From Bacteroidales bacterium (lineage in GTDB: Bacteria; Bacteroidota; Bacteroidia; Bacteroidales; UBA932), in NCBI GenBank assembly GCA_028708215.1, contig JAQVZL010000002.1, positions 1,605 to 65,604 of the forward strand: DNA of 64,000 nucleotides, given 5' to 3'. Made by a program: the position numbers and the translations under genes. Under the pieces are notes generated by a model that was given only the letters and a program-made list of their open reading frames with translations, did no database searches and was not told the origin of the DNA. Of the stretch, positions 27,361 to 36,015 are shown one piece after another (position 1 is the first letter of the stretch; each line of letters begins with the position of its first letter).

Positions 27361-28719
27361 ATGGCATTAAGATTTAGAAAAATATTAGATATACCTTGTG
27401 GAGTACGTTATATGTACTCTACGCTTAATCTAATCTCTCCGCTTTCAGAAACCATATTGTTAGATAACAAGATGGAGGTAGATAGAGAGAAAATAGCTCT
27501 GCTTTATTCAAATTTGCAGGAGTTTAAATCTCTTATGGGCAAAGAGGGTGAACTAAATTTTCTCAAAGAAAAAATAACTCTACATCTAAGTCATCTTAAA
27601 GATATTAGAAATTCACTTAAACGCATTTCAGAGGGAGTTATTGCAGATGATATTGAACTATTCGAGATTAAATCACTTGCACTAGTTAATCAAAATATAA
27701 AATCACTCATTAAAAATATAACAATCAAAGCAATTGAGTTGCCAGATTTAGAGCATGTTTTAGACTTGTTAGACCCAGATGGTAACCGAATAACTTCATT
27801 TTATATTTACGACTCTTATAGCCAAGAGTTAAAAGAGTTAAGAGAAAAACTCAAAAATGAAAAATCTTATAACGAGGAGTTTTTCTATAAATGCGCATTA
27901 ATTGAAGATAAAATTCGTGCAAAACTATCTAAAGAGATTAAAAGTTATTACTCTCTTTTAGAAGAGTCGCTTTATAATCTAGCCAATTTAGATATACTTA
28001 TGGCTAAAGCACTTCAACTACATTCTCTAAACCTCTCTATTCCTGAAATTTCTAACTCTACAGTAAATTATAAAGGGTTGTTTAACCCAGAGGTAGAATA
28101 CATTCTATCAAAAGAGGGTAGAGACTACCAAAATACAGATATTACTATTAATTTTGGCAAACCACTATTGATAACTGGTTCAAATATGGGTGGTAAAAGC
28201 CTTACTTTAAAAACTATTGCATTATGTCAGTATCTTTTTCAAATGGGATTTGGTATCCCGGCTAACAGTGCTTCTATAATACCAGTACAAGAGGTTCATC
28301 TCTCTTCTGGAGACGATGAAGATTATAAAAAAGGGCTCTCTTCGTTTGCAGCAGAAATGAAGCGCATAGATAGTATGATAAATAGAGTAAGTAAAGGATA
28401 TCAAATACTTTCTCTTACAGACGAGCCCGCACGAACAACAAACCCAGCAGAGGGAAAAGCTTTAACAGAAGCCTTAATTGATATATTGGTAGGTACTAAG
28501 AGTGTTTCAATTATTACTACTCATTACACAATAGAGAATAGAATCTGTGATAGAATTAGAGTGAAAGGCTTTATAGATGGTAAAATGGACTACTCTCTTG
28601 TAGAAGATAGTATGAAAGAGACTCCTGCAGAGGCATTGAATATAGCAGAAAGCCTTGGGATAAACTCCCTTTGGCTAGATTTAGCAAGAAAAGAGTTAGA
28701 AAAAAATATAAAAAAATAA
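27361..28719 (+). CDS. kamC: MutS-domain-V-only ATPase; putative lysine 5,6-aminomutase reactivase ATPase (KamC-like), not a mismatch repair protein
   Basis: 452 aa. Walker A GSNMGGKSLTLKT, signature SSFAAEMKRIDSMI, Walker B ILSLTDEPARTTNPAEG, and TTHYT. The N-terminal ~250 aa are helical/coiled with no mismatch-binding domain I and no Smr or endonuclease domain. The stop lies 3 nt before kamD. Confidence 0.55.
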   Translation: MALRFRKILDIPCGVRYMYSTLNLISPLSETILLDNKMEVDREKIALLYSNLQEFKSLMGKEGELNFLKEKITLHLSHLKDIRNSLKRISEGVIADDIELFEIKSLALVNQNIKSLIKNITIKAIELPDLEHVLDLLDPDGNRITSFYIYDSYSQELKELREKLKNEKSYNEEFFYKCALIEDKIRAKLSKEIKSYYSLLEESLYNLANLDILMAKALQLHSLNLSIPEISNSTVNYKGLFNPEVEYILSKEGRDYQNTDITINFGKPLLITGSNMGGKSLTLKTIALCQYLFQMGFGIPANSASIIPVQEVHLSSGDDEDYKKGLSSFAAEMKRIDSMINRVSKGYQILSLTDEPARTTNPAEGKALTEALIDILVGTKSVSIITTHYTIENRICDRIRVKGFIDGKMDYSLVEDSMKETPAEALNIAESLGINSLWLDLARKELEKNIKK

Positions 28720-28722
28720 AAG

Positions 28723-30273
28723 ATGCAAAGTAAATTAGGTTTAGATTTTAAACGAGTTGAACATGCCAGGTCTCTGGCTGCTTCTATTGCTTCCAGTGTT
28801 CAAACATTTGTAGATGAATATACTACTGTTGCAGTTGAAAGAACATTGTGTAGATTATTGGGAATAGATGGAATTGATAGCAATGAAGTTCCTCTTCCAA
28901 ATATTATTGTAGATGAATTAAAAGATAAAGGAGTTTTATCACAAGGTTCTATATTTTATATTGCCAATACAATTGTTCAAACGGGCTTTACACCTCAAGA
29001 GATAGCAGAGAAGGTATCTGATGGTTCATTAGACATTACCAAACTGCCAATATCTAATGAAAAAGAGATTGCAGCAGCTATAGAACCAATTGTGCAAAGT
29101 AGTATAGCTAGAATTACTGAAAGACGTAATAGAAGAGAAGAGTATATTAAAAATATTGGAGAAGGTTCTAAACCTTATCTTTATGTTATAGTTGCTACTG
29201 GTAACATTTATGAAGATGTTGTACAGGCCGAGGCAGCTGCAAGACAAGGAGCAGATATAATTGCTGTTATTCGTACTACAGGCCAATCTCTTTTAGACTA
29301 TGTTCCTTATGGAGCAACTACAGAAGGCTTTGGGGGTACATTTGCTACTCAAGAGAACTTTAGAATAATGAGATCTGCTCTAGATAAAGTAGGAGAAGAG
29401 GTAGGGCGTTATATAAGACTTTGTAACTATTGTTCTGGTCTATGTATGCCCGAGATTGCAGTAATGGGTGCTTTTGAAGGGTTAGACGTAATGTTAAACG
29501 ATGCTTTGTATGGTATCTTGTTTAGAGATATAAATATGCAAAGAACAATGGTAGATCAATATTTTTCTAGAATAATAAATGGTTTTGCCGGAGTAATCAT
29601 AAATACTGGAGAAGATAACTACCTTACAACAGCCGATGCTTTTGAAGAGGCTCACACAGTTTTAGCGTCTGACTTTATTAATGAGCAATTAGCTCTTCTG
29701 GCTGGACTACCAGAAGAGCAGATGGGGCTTGGCCATGCATTTGAGATGGACCCAGATCAAGAGAATGGTTTTTTATATGAATTATCTCAAGCACAAATGA
29801 TTAGAGAGATTTTCCCTAAAGCTCCATTGAAATATATGCCTCCTACTAAGTTTATGACTGGTAATATTTTCAAAGGTCATATTCAAGATGCACTTTTTAA
29901 TATTGCAGGAATATGGACTCAGCAAGGAATACAACTTTTAGGTATGCCAACTGAAGCTATTCACACTCCGTTTATGAGTGACAGATATCTCTCTATTGAA
30001 AATGCCAGATATATATTTAACAATATGAAAAATCTGGGAGACGAGGTAGAATTTAAAGAGGGTGGGCTTATAAGAAACAGAGCAAAAGATGTTCTAGAGA
30101 ACTCAATTGAGACTCTTTCTAGAATAGATCAAGAGGGTTTGTTTAATGCCTTAGAGCTTGGCCTATTCGGCGATGTTAAAAGGGCTAAAAATGGAGGAAA
30201 AGGTTTAGCAGGAGTTACGGCTAAAGGTGAAAACTACCTAAACCCATTTATTAAATTAATGAAAGGAGAATAA
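28723..30273 (+). CDS. kamD: Lysine (beta-lysine/D-lysine) 5,6-aminomutase, alpha subunit
   Basis: 516-aa TIM-barrel subunit. The size, the position immediately upstream of the B12-binding subunit, and conserved stretches (VIVATGNIYEDV, RTTGQSLLDYVPYG) fit KamD. Confidence 0.85.
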   Translation: MQSKLGLDFKRVEHARSLAASIASSVQTFVDEYTTVAVERTLCRLLGIDGIDSNEVPLPNIIVDELKDKGVLSQGSIFYIANTIVQTGFTPQEIAEKVSDGSLDITKLPISNEKEIAAAIEPIVQSSIARITERRNRREEYIKNIGEGSKPYLYVIVATGNIYEDVVQAEAAARQGADIIAVIRTTGQSLLDYVPYGATTEGFGGTFATQENFRIMRSALDKVGEEVGRYIRLCNYCSGLCMPEIAVMGAFEGLDVMLNDALYGILFRDINMQRTMVDQYFSRIINGFAGVIINTGEDNYLTTADAFEEAHTVLASDFINEQLALLAGLPEEQMGLGHAFEMDPDQENGFLYELSQAQMIREIFPKAPLKYMPPTKFMTGNIFKGHIQDALFNIAGIWTQQGIQLLGMPTEAIHTPFMSDRYLSIENARYIFNNMKNLGDEVEFKEGGLIRNRAKDVLENSIETLSRIDQEGLFNALELGLFGDVKRAKNGGKGLAGVTAKGENYLNPFIKLMKGE

Positions 30274-30277
30274 TATC

Positions 30278-31066
30278 ATGAGTGGAGGATTATATTCAAT
30301 GCAGTCAAAAGAATTTGACAAAACATTAGATCTAACAAAAGTAACACCCTACGGTGATACCTTAAATGATGGTAAAGTTCAGCTCAGTTTTACTTTACCA
30401 GTTCCAGCAGGAGCAGAGGCAACAGAAGCTGCAAAACAGTTACTTAAAAAAATGGGCTTTGATAACCCACAAGTGGTATTTTTTAAAGAGCTAACTCCAG
30501 GTTACACTTTTTTCAACTGTTACGGTAATGCTACGCATTCGGTTGACTTTACCTCAATTTATGTCCCTAAAGTAGAGAGCGATGTAATGAGTATGGAAGA
30601 GATAGACTCTTATATAAAAGAGAATATTGGCCGCCCATTGGTTGTGATAGGAGCAAGTACAGGAACAGATGCACACACAGTGGGTATAGATGCAATTATG
30701 AACATGAAAGGGTATGCAGGACATTTTGGACTCGAAAGGTATGAAATGATAGAGGCACATAACTTAGGCTCTCAGGTTCTTAATGAAGATTTTATTGCTA
30801 AAGCAATTGAACTTAAGGCCGATGCTTTACTCGTATCTCAAACAGTTACACAGAAAGATGTACATATTCAAAATATGATTGAACTAGTTGAGCTGTTAGA
30901 AGCCGAAGGTTTAAGAGATAAAGTTATCTTAGTTTCTGGAGGCCCTAGAGTATCTCATGAACTTGCTAAAGAGCTTGGCTACGATGCTGGCTTTGGAATG
31001 AACAGCTATGCAGACGATGTTGGATCTTACATTGCTCAAGAATTTGTTAGAAGAGCTAAAAAATAG
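30278..31066 (+). CDS. kamE: Lysine 5,6-aminomutase, beta subunit (adenosylcobalamin- and PLP-binding)
   Basis: 262 aa. Base-off/His-on B12 motif GTDAHTVG followed by NMKGYAG, which carries the PLP lysine region. Confidence 0.85.
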   Translation: MSGGLYSMQSKEFDKTLDLTKVTPYGDTLNDGKVQLSFTLPVPAGAEATEAAKQLLKKMGFDNPQVVFFKELTPGYTFFNCYGNATHSVDFTSIYVPKVESDVMSMEEIDSYIKENIGRPLVVIGASTGTDAHTVGIDAIMNMKGYAGHFGLERYEMIEAHNLGSQVLNEDFIAKAIELKADALLVSQTVTQKDVHIQNMIELVELLEAEGLRDKVILVSGGPRVSHELAKELGYDAGFGMNSYADDVGSYIAQEFVRRAKK

Positions 31067-31088
31067 TATTTAATTAAAACATATTGAT

Positions 31089-31748
31089 ATGGATAAAAAA
31101 CAGATGAGAGAGATTATAGCAAAAAGAACTGCTCTCGAACTTCACGATGGTGATGTTGTTAATTTAGGTATTGGTTTACCTACTTTAGTGCCTAATTATT
31201 TGGCAAAAGGAGTTAATGTCACTCTTCAATCTGAGAATGGATTGTTGGGAATGGGGCCTGCTCCAGAACCAGGAACTGAAGATGTTAACTATACAAACGC
31301 TGGAGGAGGTTTTATAACCTATTTTCAGGGAGCTTCATGTTTTGACTCCTCTCTATCTTTTTCTATAATCAGAGGTAACCACGTAGATGTAACAATTTTA
31401 GGTGCGTTAGAAGCAGATGAAAAAGGAAATCTTGCCAACTGGATGATTCCAGGTAAGAAAACACCAGGAATGGGTGGAGCTATGGATTTAATTGTAGGTG
31501 CCAAAAAGGTAATTTTAGCTATGGAGCACACAGCTAGAGGAAATCATAAAATACTTACAGAATGCAAACTCCCTCTTACAGCAGCTGGCCAAGTAGATAT
31601 GATAATTACAGAGATGGGAGTAATGGAGGTAACACCCAAAGGTCTTCTCTTGAAAGAACTTAACTCAGAGTTTTCATTAGAAGATATTCAAAATGCCACA
31701 GGAGCAAAATTAATAGTTTCAGATAATTTAGTTAAAATGAAGAGTTAG
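31089..31748 (+). CDS. atoA: 3-oxoacid / butyryl-CoA:acetoacetate CoA-transferase, subunit B
   Basis: 219 aa. Catalytic-Glu motif LQSENGLLGMGP, plus MGGAMDL. Confidence 0.85.
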   Translation: MDKKQMREIIAKRTALELHDGDVVNLGIGLPTLVPNYLAKGVNVTLQSENGLLGMGPAPEPGTEDVNYTNAGGGFITYFQGASCFDSSLSFSIIRGNHVDVTILGALEADEKGNLANWMIPGKKTPGMGGAMDLIVGAKKVILAMEHTARGNHKILTECKLPLTAAGQVDMIITEMGVMEVTPKGLLLKELNSEFSLEDIQNATGAKLIVSDNLVKMKS

Positions 31749-31750
31749 TT

Positions 31751-32956
31751 ATGGAAAAAGTATTTATAGTAGCAGCAAAAAGAACAGCAGTAGGTAAATT
31801 CTCCGGTTCACTTGCAAACTTTTCTCCAGGAGAACTTGGAGCAATTGTTATTCGTAATTTATTAGACGAAACTGGTATTGCACCAGATAAAATTGATTCT
31901 GTTATAGTTGGAAATGTTCTCTCAGGAGGTCAAGGTCAGGGTGTTGGTCGTCAATGTTCTATCAATGCCGGTATACCACCAGAAGTACCTGCCTATTCTC
32001 TTAATATGGTATGTGGTTCGGGTATGAAGTCTGTAATGAATGGTTTCAACGAAATTGTTTCCGGAGATGCTAATTTAGTTATAGCCGGTGGAACTGAGTG
32101 TATGTCAAATGCAGGTTTTGTTTTACCAAGTAGTGTAAGAAATGGGATGAAAATGGGTGATATGAAGGCTATAGATCATATGATCCATGATGGTCTTACA
32201 GATGTTTTCAATAAATATCACATGGGTATTACAGCAGAAAACATTGCAGAAAAATATTCACTCTCTAGAGAAGATCAAGATGATTTTGCTCACTCTTCTC
32301 AAGCAAAAGCCATTAAAGCAGTAGATGAGGGAATATATGATAATGAGATAGTTCCTGTAGATATTGTATCCAGAAAAGAGACTAAAGTTTTTGCTAGAGA
32401 CGAATTTCCAAATAGAGGTACTTCTCCAGAAAAATTAGCAAATTTGAGACCTGCATTTAAAAAAGATGGTTCTGTAACAGCAGGAAATGCATCTGGTATA
32501 AACGACGGAGCTTCTTTTGTTATTTTAGCATCTGAAAGTGCTATAAAAGAGCACGGTTTGAAACCTATTGCACAAATTATCTCTCATGGACAGGGTGGAG
32601 TAGACCCTTCAATCATGGGCCTTGGACCTGTCCCAGCTATAAGAATGGCACTAAAAAAAGCCAATCTTAAATTATCTGAGATAGATCTTATGGAGTTAAA
32701 TGAAGCTTTTGCAGCTCAATCTTTAGGAGTAATTAAAGAACTTATAGATGAGCATGGAGTATCTAGAGAGTGGATAGACGAAAGATGCAACATCAATGGT
32801 GGTGCAATTGCCATAGGTCATCCAATAGGTGCATCTGGCAATAGAATTTTAGTTTCTCTTATACATGCTTTAAAAGCAAATAAAAAAGAGATAGGATTGG
32901 CCTCCTTATGTATTGGCGGAGGAATGGGAACTGCATTAATAATTAAATCTTTATAA
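31751..32956 (+). CDS. Acetyl-CoA C-acetyltransferase (thiolase II)
   Basis: 401 aa. NMVCGSGMK (nucleophilic Cys), NGGAIAIGHPIGASG and CIGGGMG motifs. Confidence 0.9.
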   Translation: MEKVFIVAAKRTAVGKFSGSLANFSPGELGAIVIRNLLDETGIAPDKIDSVIVGNVLSGGQGQGVGRQCSINAGIPPEVPAYSLNMVCGSGMKSVMNGFNEIVSGDANLVIAGGTECMSNAGFVLPSSVRNGMKMGDMKAIDHMIHDGLTDVFNKYHMGITAENIAEKYSLSREDQDDFAHSSQAKAIKAVDEGIYDNEIVPVDIVSRKETKVFARDEFPNRGTSPEKLANLRPAFKKDGSVTAGNASGINDGASFVILASESAIKEHGLKPIAQIISHGQGGVDPSIMGLGPVPAIRMALKKANLKLSEIDLMELNEAFAAQSLGVIKELIDEHGVSREWIDERCNINGGAIAIGHPIGASGNRILVSLIHALKANKKEIGLASLCIGGGMGTALIIKSL

Positions 32957-32962
32957 ATAAAA

Positions 32963-34102
32963 ATGAATTTTGAATTAAACAAAAAGCAGCAACTCTTCAA
33001 GCAGATGATTCGTGAGTTTGCCGATAAAGAGATTCAACCAATTGCAGCAGAGATAGATGAAAATGAGACCTTCCCTGTTGAAAGTGTGAAGAAGTTGGCT
33101 AAATATGGGGTTATGGGAATTCCTGTACCTGTACAATACGGAGGAGCAGGAGGCGACAATATTATGTACTCTATAGCAGTTGAAGAGCTCTCTAGAGTAT
33201 GTGGTACAACAGGTGTAATTGTATCGGCACATACCTCTCTATGTGTGGCGCCAATTCTTGAGTTTGGTACAGAAGATCAAAAGAAGAAATATCTTCCAAA
33301 ACTTGCAGGCGGAGAGTGGTTAGGAGCATTTGGTCTTACTGAGCCCAATGCAGGAACCGATGCCTCGGCACAACAGACAACAGCTGTAGAAGAAGAAGAT
33401 GCATATGTACTTAATGGGAGTAAAATATTTATTACCAATGGAGCTCATGCAGATGTCTATATAGTTTTTGCCATGACAGATAAGTCTGCAGGTATTAGAG
33501 GAATAACTGCTTTTATAGTAGAGAGAGACACTCTTGGGTTTTCTACAGGTAAGCAAGAGTTAAAACTTGGTATTAGAGGTTCTTCTACTTGTGAGTTAAT
33601 TTTTGAGAATTGCAGAATTCCTAAAGAAAACTTACTAGGAAAAGTTGGAAAAGGGTTTAGTATAGCCATGAAAACTTTAGATGGTGGAAGGATTGGTATT
33701 GCTGCTCAAGCATTAGGAATAGCTCAAGGAGCAATAGATGAGACTGTTAAATATACTAAAGAGAGAAAGCAATTTGGCCGTTCAATTGCACAGTTTCAAA
33801 ATACACAATTCCAGATGGCAGACCTTTACACTAAAACAGAAGCATCACGTCTTTTAGTACGCTCTGCTGCATATAAAAAAGATTCAGGTATTCCTTATTC
33901 TACAGATGCTGCAATGGCTAAGTTATTTGCTTCTGAAACAGCAATGGAGGTAACTACCAAAGCTGTTCAGTTCCACGGAGGGTATGGTTACACCAGAGAA
34001 TATCCTGTAGAGAGAATGATGAGAGATGCAAAAATTACCGAAATTTATGAAGGAACTTCAGAGGTTCAAAAGATGGTAATTGCAGCAAAAATGTTTAAAT
34101 AA
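32963..34102 (+). CDS. bcd: Butyryl-CoA (short-chain acyl-CoA) dehydrogenase
   Basis: 379 aa. GLTEPNAGTDA, FITNG, and a C-terminal YEGTSEVQ catalytic-Glu region. It is directly followed by etfBA. Confidence 0.85.
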   Translation: MNFELNKKQQLFKQMIREFADKEIQPIAAEIDENETFPVESVKKLAKYGVMGIPVPVQYGGAGGDNIMYSIAVEELSRVCGTTGVIVSAHTSLCVAPILEFGTEDQKKKYLPKLAGGEWLGAFGLTEPNAGTDASAQQTTAVEEEDAYVLNGSKIFITNGAHADVYIVFAMTDKSAGIRGITAFIVERDTLGFSTGKQELKLGIRGSSTCELIFENCRIPKENLLGKVGKGFSIAMKTLDGGRIGIAAQALGIAQGAIDETVKYTKERKQFGRSIAQFQNTQFQMADLYTKTEASRLLVRSAAYKKDSGIPYSTDAAMAKLFASETAMEVTTKAVQFHGGYGYTREYPVERMMRDAKITEIYEGTSEVQKMVIAAKMFK

Positions 34103-34129
34103 AGTTCAATAGATTATAACCATATAATA

Positions 34130-34912
34130 ATGAAAATTATAGTTTGTATTAAACAGGTTCCCGACACAACTGAAATAAAGATAAATCCTGTGACAGGAAC
34201 TCTTGTTCGAGACGGAGTGCCTAGTATAATTAACCCCGACGATAAATCTGGCTTAGAGGCAGCTCTCTCATTAAAAGATGAGTTTGGCTCTCATGTTACA
34301 GTTATAACAATGGGACCACCTCAAGCCGATGCTGTGCTTAGAGAAGCCTTAGCAATGGGTGCCGATGATGCAATTTTACTAACAGATAGAAAATTTGCAG
34401 GAGCAGACACCCTAGCAACGTCTAATGCTCTAGCATCTGCTTTAAAGAAGATGGAGTGGGATCTTATAATAGCCGGTAGACAAGCAATTGACGGAGACAC
34501 TGCACAAGTGGGGCCTCAAATTGCAGAGCATTTAGATATACCTCAAATATCTTATACAGAAGAGGTTAAATATGATGGAAAGTCTCTGTTTACCATAAAA
34601 AAACAGACCGAAGAGGGTTATCAAATTTTGGAAGCTCAAGCACCACTCCTATTAACAGTTCTATCATCTGCAAATAAACCTCGGTACATGAATGTAAGAG
34701 GTATTGTAGAGGCTATAGATAAAGAGGTTAAAGTTCTTGGAGTTGCAGATATAGGTGCAGACGAGTCTAAAATGGGATTGAAAGGGTCTCCAACTAAAGT
34801 TCACAAAGCATTCTCTAAAGGAGTAAAAAGCGCTGGAGAACAGTTTGAAGTAGAGGCCGAAGAGGCTGTTGGAATTATCATTTCCAAATTAAAAGAAAAA
34901 TTTATAATATAA
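34130..34912 (+). CDS. etfB: Electron transfer flavoprotein, beta subunit (bifurcating-type by context)
   Basis: 260 aa. The MKIIVCIKQVPDTTEIKINPVTGTLVRDGVPSIINPDD N-terminus closely resembles clostridial Bcd-associated EtfB. Confidence 0.85.
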   Translation: MKIIVCIKQVPDTTEIKINPVTGTLVRDGVPSIINPDDKSGLEAALSLKDEFGSHVTVITMGPPQADAVLREALAMGADDAILLTDRKFAGADTLATSNALASALKKMEWDLIIAGRQAIDGDTAQVGPQIAEHLDIPQISYTEEVKYDGKSLFTIKKQTEEGYQILEAQAPLLLTVLSSANKPRYMNVRGIVEAIDKEVKVLGVADIGADESKMGLKGSPTKVHKAFSKGVKSAGEQFEVEAEEAVGIIISKLKEKFII

Positions 34913-34924
34913 CAGAAAAAGAAA

Positions 34925-35926
34925 ATGGATTTATCGTCATATAAAGATGTTTTTGTATTTGTAGAGCAGAGAGAAGGAGTAATTCAATCTGTAGCTATTG
35001 AGCTTTTGGGTAAAGCAAGAGACCTTGCCGATGCTCTAGGGCAGAATGTTGTAGCTATATTTCCAGGAAGTAATATTTCTGATAAGGCAAAAGAGTTAGG
35101 ATATTACGGAGCAGATAAAGTAATTTGCATAGATACACCTGAGTTAGAGCACTACATAACAGAACAGTACACACAAGCTGTTTATCAAGTGATAACAGAG
35201 TTTAAACCCTCTATAGTTCTTTTTGGTGCAACAACTATTGGCAGAGATTTAGGACCAAGACTTTCTGCTCGTTTAGAAACTGGTCTTACAGCAGACTGTA
35301 CCAAGTTAGAGATTTCAGAAGAGAAAGAGTTGCTTATGACACGCCCTGCATTTGGAGGTAACCTTATGGCAACAATTGTTTGTAAGGAGCACAGACCTCA
35401 AATGTCTACAGTGAGACCTGGAGTTATGCGTAAATTAGAAAAAGACACCTCTAGGAAGTGTGAAATAATTGAGTACTCTCCTAAGTTTAACGCCTCTAAG
35501 TTTAAAGTTAAACTGGTAAAGAGTGTTAAAGAGGCCAAGGGTATGGTAGATATCTCAGAAGCAAAAATCTTAGTTTCTGGAGGCCGAGGAGTAGGAGCAG
35601 AGTTTAAAAATCTTAAAGATTTAGCCAATGTGTTAAATGCAGAGGTTTCTGCCTCTAGAGCAGTTGTAGATGCCGGAGTTGTTTCTCATGATAGGCAAGT
35701 AGGCCAAACAGGTAAAACAGTTAGACCAGACCTCTACCTTGCTTTAGGTATCTCTGGAGCTATCCAACATTTAGCAGGAATGGAAGAATCAGATTTTATT
35801 GTTGCTATTAATAAAGATAAATATGCTCCAATATTTCAAGTATCAGATCTTGGTATTGTAGGAGATGTAACTAAAATAGTTCCTCTTCTTACAGAACGTC
35901 TTTCCAAGGTAAAATTAGAAAAGTAG
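34925..35926 (+). CDS. etfA: Electron transfer flavoprotein, alpha subunit
   Basis: 333 aa. C-terminal FAD-binding region VSGGRGVG...ASRAVVDAGV...QVGQTGKTVRPDLYLALGISGAIQHLAGM. Confidence 0.85.
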   Translation: MDLSSYKDVFVFVEQREGVIQSVAIELLGKARDLADALGQNVVAIFPGSNISDKAKELGYYGADKVICIDTPELEHYITEQYTQAVYQVITEFKPSIVLFGATTIGRDLGPRLSARLETGLTADCTKLEISEEKELLMTRPAFGGNLMATIVCKEHRPQMSTVRPGVMRKLEKDTSRKCEIIEYSPKFNASKFKVKLVKSVKEAKGMVDISEAKILVSGGRGVGAEFKNLKDLANVLNAEVSASRAVVDAGVVSHDRQVGQTGKTVRPDLYLALGISGAIQHLAGMEESDFIVAINKDKYAPIFQVSDLGIVGDVTKIVPLLTERLSKVKLEK

Positions 35927-35944
35927 TAATTACTTCTTTATTGT

Positions 35945-35981
35945 AAAAAGAGACTCTCTAAATTTTAGGCAGTCTCTTTTT
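35945..35981. terminator. Bidirectional intrinsic terminator closing the lysine operon and, on the other strand, the SulP gene
   Basis: AAAAAGAGACT (35945-35955) pairs perfectly with AGTCTCTTTTT (35971-35981) around a 15-nt loop. Confidence 0.6.
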
Positions 35982-36015
35982 GCTATTATATATAGATATA
36001 AACTATCAAGGTTAT

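Noticed and set aside
27361-28719. MutS-homologous ORF considered as a DNA mismatch repair gene (MutS/MutS2).
   Set aside because: Only the ABC ATPase domain V is present. There is no mismatch-binding N-domain and no Smr domain, and the gene is embedded with 3-25 nt gaps inside an amino-acid fermentation operon. A cofactor or enzyme reactivase role is more plausible.
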